Assembly: GCA_036259315.1 (NCBI GenBank)
Contig: DATABZ010000336.1
Coordinates: 1-49,565 of the forward strand
DNA length: 49,565 nt
DNA from: Gemmatimonadales bacterium
GTDB taxonomy: Bacteria; Gemmatimonadota; Gemmatimonadetes; Gemmatimonadales; GWC2-71-9
Reading direction: 5' to 3'
How positions within the stretch are numbered: the stretch's first letter is position 1; each line of letters starts with the position of its first letter. Made by a program: the position numbers and the translations under genes. Positions 45,601-49,565 of this stretch are shown piece after piece. Below the pieces are notes generated by a model. That model was not told the DNA's origin. It ran no database searches and saw only the letters and a list, made by a program, of their open reading frames with translations.

Positions 45601-46008
45601 ATGACCCAGGGAGAGACGGAGCACCAGCTCGGCATCGAGACCGCCCCGACGGGCCGGCTGCTGTTCGGGCTGCTCGGCGGGGCGGCGGCGTGGAGCCTTC
45701 ACTTCCTCGCCAGCTACGCCGCCCTGTCGATCGGCTGCGTCGCCGGGTGGCGCGGGATTCGGGAGATCCTGGCCATCGGCACGCTGGTGCTCCTGGCGGT
45801 CGCCGTGTGGTCCACGGTGGTCGCCTGGCGGGAGTGGCGGCGGGTGAGCGGCAATCAGCCCTGGGACGTGGCACTCGGCGAGCCGCGGGGCTGGTTCGCC
45901 TACCTCATGCTGACCGGCGTGCTAATGGGCGTGGTGTCCGCCTTCACCATCGGCCTGGAAGGATGGGGTACCCTGGTGCTGCCGGTGTGCGGGTGGGACG
46001 TGCGATGA
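45601..46008 (+). CDS. small 3-TM membrane protein with conserved Cys residues, oxidase-associated (paralog of 34851..35225)
   Basis: 135 aa; the WREWRR motif, a Cys after TM1 and a Cys near the C-terminus are shared with the copy-1 protein. Same position after subunit I/III. Confidence 0.55.
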   Translation: MTQGETEHQLGIETAPTGRLLFGLLGGAAAWSLHFLASYAALSIGCVAGWRGIREILAIGTLVLLAVAVWSTVVAWREWRRVSGNQPWDVALGEPRGWFAYLMLTGVLMGVVSAFTIGLEGWGTLVLPVCGWDVR

Positions 46009-46445
46009 GGCGGCGCCTGGGTGCGCTGCTCCTGCTCGTCGGTGCGGCGCCCGCGTGCTCGCCGGGCGGAGACGATGCCGCGCGCGCGGAAGTTCTGGCG
46101 ACGGTGCAGGGAGATCCGACCCGGGGGGAAGTCGCGATCGAGCGCTACGGCTGCGGCACGTGCCACGTCATTCCCGGACTCGCGCGCGCGCGGGGGAAGG
46201 TGGGTCCGCCGCTCACCGACTTCGCGCTCCGCACGTACATCGCGGGTAACTCCTTCAACACGCCGAACAATCTCGTCGCCTGGATTCGCCGCCCCGATTC
46301 GGTCGAGCCGGGCACCGTGATGCCCACCCTGGGCGTCACGGAGCAGGAGGCGCGCGACATCTCGGCCTACCTGCTGCTCGAGACCGCCACCGGCCAGTTC
46401 GGCCCGCCCAGGCTGCTCTCGCCCTCCCTCCTGCACGGCGACTGA
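46005..46445 (+). CDS. c-type cytochrome with N-terminal signal/anchor, stand-alone paralog of the CtaG-fused cytochrome domain
   Basis: ATGA overlap with the upstream gene. MRRRLGALLLLVGAAPAC; heme motif CGTCH. GPPLTDFALRTYIAGN...NLVAWIRRP...MP aligns to the C-terminus of 35228..36469. Confidence 0.75.
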   Translation: MRRRLGALLLLVGAAPACSPGGDDAARAEVLATVQGDPTRGEVAIERYGCGTCHVIPGLARARGKVGPPLTDFALRTYIAGNSFNTPNNLVAWIRRPDSVEPGTVMPTLGVTEQEARDISAYLLLETATGQFGPPRLLSPSLLHGD

Positions 46446-46455
46446 CAGGGCGCGG

Positions 46456-47502
46456 ATGCCGGAGTTCGGCGCCCTGCCGCTGCCGGTGAATCTGGCGCTC
46501 TTCACCGCCGCGGCTGCCGTCGTGTGGCTCGCCGGCACCCGTATCGCGGGCTACGCGAGCACATTGGCCGAGCGGACCGGCATAGGGAAAGCCGTGGTCG
46601 GCGCCCTCCTGCTCGGCGGTATCACCTCGCTGCCGGAGGTCGCCACGACCGGGAGCGCGGCGGCCTCGGGCAATGCCGTCCTGGCGGTCAACAACATTCT
46701 CGGCGGAGTCGCGATGCAGGTCGCCATCCTGGCCGTGGCCGACGCGGCGATCGGCCGTGGTGCGCTCTCCGCGATCGTCGCGCGGCCCACGGTGCTGCTG
46801 CAGGCCACCCTCAACATCGTGCTGCTCGTGCTCGTGGCGACCGGCATCACGGCCGGCGACGTGCCGTTTCTCGGGCTCGGGGCGTGGACGGCGGCCATCG
46901 GGGCCGCCTACCTGGCGGCGATGGTGATCATCAGCCGCTCCCACGCGCCCGAAGCATGGCGACCCGGCAGAGTGGTGAAGGAAGGTGCCGTGGGCGAAGC
47001 GGCCAGGGACGCGGCCGAGGAAACCCGATCTACGGCCCGAATCACGGCGTATACGGCCGCGGCCGCGGCGGTGATCTTCGCGGCGGGTTACGCCTTGGCC
47101 CGCACCGGGGAGGCCCTGGCGGAGCAGACCGGCCTCGGGTCGAGCTTTGTCGGGGCGGTGCTGGTGGCGATCGCGACGTCCCTGCCGGAGGTGAGCTCGA
47201 CGGTCGCGGCCGTCCGGTTGGGGCACTATGAGCTCGCCTTCGGCGACATCTTCGGCACCAACCTCTTCGACGTCGCCCTCGTGGTCGTTGCCGACGCCAT
47301 CTATGCCGGCGGGCCGGTCCTCCGCGAGGTCGGCGCGTTCTCCGTCTGTGCCGCTCTGCTCGGCATCCTGGTGACGGGGATCTTCCTCGGCGGACTGATC
47401 GAGCGCCGAGACCGAGTCGTGCTCCGCATGGGGGTCGATTCGCTCCTCGTGGTGCTGGTGTATCTCGGTGGGCTCGTCGTGCTGTACCGGCTCCGGCCGT
47501 GA
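46456..47502 (+). CDS. Ca2+/cation antiporter (CaCA) family membrane protein
   Basis: 348 aa with two internal alpha-repeat motifs, GGITSLPEVATT and AIATSLPEVSST, each within a 5-TM half. Confidence 0.8.
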   Translation: MPEFGALPLPVNLALFTAAAAVVWLAGTRIAGYASTLAERTGIGKAVVGALLLGGITSLPEVATTGSAAASGNAVLAVNNILGGVAMQVAILAVADAAIGRGALSAIVARPTVLLQATLNIVLLVLVATGITAGDVPFLGLGAWTAAIGAAYLAAMVIISRSHAPEAWRPGRVVKEGAVGEAARDAAEETRSTARITAYTAAAAAVIFAAGYALARTGEALAEQTGLGSSFVGAVLVAIATSLPEVSSTVAAVRLGHYELAFGDIFGTNLFDVALVVVADAIYAGGPVLREVGAFSVCAALLGILVTGIFLGGLIERRDRVVLRMGVDSLLVVLVYLGGLVVLYRLRP

Positions 47503-47520
47503 GTGGTATTATCCCGCCCC

Positions 47521-48429
47521 ATGACGTCCCGCTCGACCGCGCGCCTGGAGCTGGCCGCCGCGGCGATCCTCTTCTCGACCGGTGGCGCCGCCGTCAAGGC
47601 CGTGGACTTCACCGGATGGCAGATCACCTGCCTGCGGTCGGGCATCGCCGCGCTCGCGATCTGGGTCATGACCCGGCAGGCCAGAGGCGCGTGGACCGGT
47701 CGACATCTCGTGGTGGGGGTCGCCTACGCGGCGACCCTGACGCTGTTCGTGCTGGCCAACCGGCTCACCACCGCGGCGAACGCGATCTACCTCCAGTCGA
47801 CCGCGCCGCTGTACCTGGCCATCCTGGCGCCATGGCTGCTGCGCGAGCCGACCCGGCGGCAGGACCTCGCCTTCATGGCGGCGGTGGGAGTCGGGCTCGC
47901 GCTCTTCTTCGTGGGCGTCGACCGTCCGGTCGAGTCCGCGCCCGCCCCGATGCAGGGGAACCTGTTGGCCGCCGCGAGCGGCCTCACCTGGGCGCTCACG
48001 GTCTGCGGGCTCCGCTGGATGGGGGCGGCGGGAGCGAGTCAGGGGTCGGCGGTCGCGGTGGTCGTAGGGAACGTCATCGCCTCACTCGGCGCGCTCCCGC
48101 TCGCGGTGCCGTTCGGCAGCCACGGGGTGGGGGATTGGGCCCTCGTCGGCTATCTCGGCGTGTTTCAGATCGCCCTTGCCTACATACTGGTGACCAGGGC
48201 GCTGGCCACCATTCCCGCGCTGGAGGCCTCGCTGATCCTGCTGATCGAGCCGGTGCTCAACCCGGTCTGGGCCTGGCTCTTCCAGGGTGAGCGGCCCGGC
48301 GTGTGGGCGCTGATCGGAGGAGCCGTGATTCTCATGGCGACGGCGGTGCGCACCGTACTCGACGCCCGGCGCGGGCGCCGCGGGGAGGCACCCCTCGAAG
48401 CCGACACTTCCCGGGTTCCGGCGGGCTGA
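47521..48429 (+). CDS. DMT superfamily (EamA-like) transporter
   Basis: About 10 TM helices in two EamA-like halves. A GTG at 47503 is an alternative start directly after the upstream stop. Confidence 0.75.
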   Translation: MTSRSTARLELAAAAILFSTGGAAVKAVDFTGWQITCLRSGIAALAIWVMTRQARGAWTGRHLVVGVAYAATLTLFVLANRLTTAANAIYLQSTAPLYLAILAPWLLREPTRRQDLAFMAAVGVGLALFFVGVDRPVESAPAPMQGNLLAAASGLTWALTVCGLRWMGAAGASQGSAVAVVVGNVIASLGALPLAVPFGSHGVGDWALVGYLGVFQIALAYILVTRALATIPALEASLILLIEPVLNPVWAWLFQGERPGVWALIGGAVILMATAVRTVLDARRGRRGEAPLEADTSRVPAG

Positions 48430-48432
48430 CGC

Positions 48433-49077
48433 ATGGCGGCCCCGGCACCCGTGCTCATCGAGACCGTCCGCGTTCGCGATGGCGTGGCCCCCCTGTGGTA
48501 CCTGCACCTCCGGCGACTCGCGTCGAGCTGCAAGGCGCTGGGGGTTCCGCTGCCGGGGGAGCTGATCACCCCCGCCGGTGGCCGGGACCGCGTGCACAGG
48601 CTCGAGGTCAGTCCCCGAGGGGTGGAGATCAGCGAGCGGCCTGTGGGGACCACGGCCCCGGTCTCGCTGATCCAGGCGACTGTCGTGCACCGGCCGTATC
48701 CGCACAAGACGACCGAGCGGCGCCAGTTCGACCACGCGCTCGCGGAGGCCCGCACGGCGGGGGCCGATGATGCGGTCCTGCTCACTCAGGGCGGTTATGT
48801 GGCCGAGTGCGCGCTGTGGGGGCTGTTCTGGTGGGAGGGAGGCCGCCTCTGCGCCCCATCGCTGGAGCTCGGCGTGCTGCCCGGCGTGGCCCGCGCGAGG
48901 CTGGAGGAGCTGACCGGCGGGATCGCGGCGCGGCGCGTCAAGCCGGGCGACCTCGAGGGGCGGAGCCCCTTCGTCGCGAACGCCGCGCGGGGGGTGGTGC
49001 CGGTGGCGAATCTGGCGGGTCGGCCGGTGCCGCAAGACCCGGGAACACCGCGGCTTTCGGACATGTTCTGGCCTTGA
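48433..49077 (+). CDS. aminotransferase class IV family protein (4-amino-4-deoxychorismate lyase-like)
   Basis: 214 aa; HKTTERRQFDHALAEARTAGADDAVLL...GYVAECALWGLFW...LPGVARARL resembles the PabC/IlvE fold-type IV core. Short for the family. Confidence 0.6.
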   Translation: MAAPAPVLIETVRVRDGVAPLWYLHLRRLASSCKALGVPLPGELITPAGGRDRVHRLEVSPRGVEISERPVGTTAPVSLIQATVVHRPYPHKTTERRQFDHALAEARTAGADDAVLLTQGGYVAECALWGLFWWEGGRLCAPSLELGVLPGVARARLEELTGGIAARRVKPGDLEGRSPFVANAARGVVPVANLAGRPVPQDPGTPRLSDMFWP

Positions 49078-49136
49078 CCCGAGCCCGTCGGACCCGGTAA
49101 TTTTGGCGGCCTCGCCCGGGGCGCTGTCCCCGCCGC

Positions 49137-49211
49137 GGTGGTTGTAGCTCAATCGGTTAGAGCGCCGGACTGTGGCTCCGGAGGTTGCGGGTTCGATTCC
49201 CGTCAGCCACC
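49137..49211 (+). tRNA. tRNA-His (GTG anticodon), with encoded G-1
   Basis: Manual cloverleaf: G-1, acceptor GTGGTTG/CAGCCAC, D arm GCTC-AATCGGTTA-GAGC, anticodon arm CCGGA-CTGTGGC-TCCGG, T arm GCGGG-TTCGATT-CCCGT, discriminator C pairing with G-1. No encoded CCA. Confidence 0.9.
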
Positions 49212-49321
49212 CTGGAAGAGCCGGTCGCTGGAAGGACCGGTCGGGAGTACCGGTGGTGGGGAGTACCGGTGAGGAAGTCCGGTGGCCGCGGGCGGAGGAC
49301 GCGCCGGCGGAATCGGTGCAG

Positions 49322-49394
49322 AGGTCCGTAGCTCAAGTGGTAGAGCACCGGTCTCCAAAACCGGGGGTTGCAGGTTCGAGTCCTGCCGGGCCTG
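49322..49394 (+). tRNA. tRNA-Trp (CCA anticodon)
   Basis: Acceptor AGGTCCG/CGGGCCT, anticodon arm CCGGT-CTCCAAA-ACCGG, T arm GCAGG-TTCGAGT-CCTGC. Close to E. coli tRNA-Trp across the D and anticodon arms. Confidence 0.9.
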
Positions 49395-49406
49395 TGCGGG
49401 AACTGT

Positions 49407-49479
49407 GGCGCTATCGTCTAGGGGACTAGGACGGGGCCCTCTCAAGGCCCAAACACGGGTTCGAATCCCGTTAGCGCTA
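49407..49479 (+). tRNA. tRNA-Glu (CTC anticodon)
   Basis: Acceptor GGCGCTA/TAGCGCT, Glu-type D arm TCGTCTAGGGGACTAGGAC, anticodon arm GGGCC-CTCTCAA-GGCCC, T arm ACGGG-TTCGAAT-CCCGT. Confidence 0.85.
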
Positions 49480-49492
49480 TCGAGAAACGGTC

Positions 49493-49564
49493 GGCCCCAT
49501 CGTCTATCGGTTAGGACGCGACCCTTTCAAGGTCGAGAGAGGGGTTCGACTCCCCTTGGGGCTA
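49493..49564 (+). tRNA. tRNA-Glu (TTC anticodon)
   Basis: Acceptor GGCCCCA/TGGGGCT, D arm TCGTCTATCGGTTAGGAC, anticodon arm CGACC-CTTTCAA-GGTCG, T arm AGGGG-TTCGACT-CCCCT. Ends 1 nt before the window edge. Confidence 0.85.
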
Positions 49565-49565
49565 T

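Noticed and set aside
41796-45635. 1279-aa ORF on the minus strand, the longest in the track
   Set aside because: It lies antisense to clearly recognisable ctaC/ctaD genes. Its composition is dominated by Arg, Gly, Pro, Glu, Asp and His with no domain-like stretches. This is the typical shadow ORF of a ~70% GC genome.
49137-49565. tRNA cluster as a genomic-island integration site or boundary
   Set aside because: There is no integrase, no direct repeat of a tRNA 3' end and no compositional shift upstream. The window ends at the last tRNA, so the downstream side cannot be assessed.

Overview
High-GC (about 70%) bacterial chromosomal window, densely coding, with no mobile elements or CRISPR. 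Gene content (PadR + ADOP duplicated permease, Oar-like TonB-dependent receptor, GldG-type ABC system, XoxF-type dehydrogenases) suggests Gemmatimonadota or Acidobacteriota; this is inference only. Left to right: a truncated radical-SAM DNA-repair gene, a family III CoA-transferase, an ABC ATPase / fused ABC-2-GldG permease / DUF4340 operon, an outer-membrane beta-barrel, an Oar-like TonB receptor, PadR + ADOP permease, and a VIT-vWA / ECF sigma / anti-sigma operon flanked by two paralogous hybrid histidine kinases. Then come a partial homogentisate pathway (hppD, hmgA, acetoacetyl-CoA synthetase), a tandem-repeat lipoprotein and a GNAT. From about 28.3 kb to 49.1 kb all genes lie on one strand. 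The main finding is there: two diverged paralogous modules, each a PQQ dehydrogenase with the lanthanide-type DxD signature (XoxF-like), a small cytochrome c lipoprotein, a full caa3-type oxidase (CuA subunit II fused to cytochrome c, subunit I, subunit III), a conserved 3-TM Cys protein and a further cytochrome c domain. The modules differ by gene fusion and fission events and by XoxJ and CtaG content. An AI-2E transporter and a formate/nitrite-family channel separate them; a CaCA exchanger, a DMT transporter, a class IV aminotransferase-like gene and a tRNA His-Trp-Glu-Glu cluster follow. All calls rest on reading the translated ORFs and motifs by eye; no database search was run, and identity values are rough estimates.
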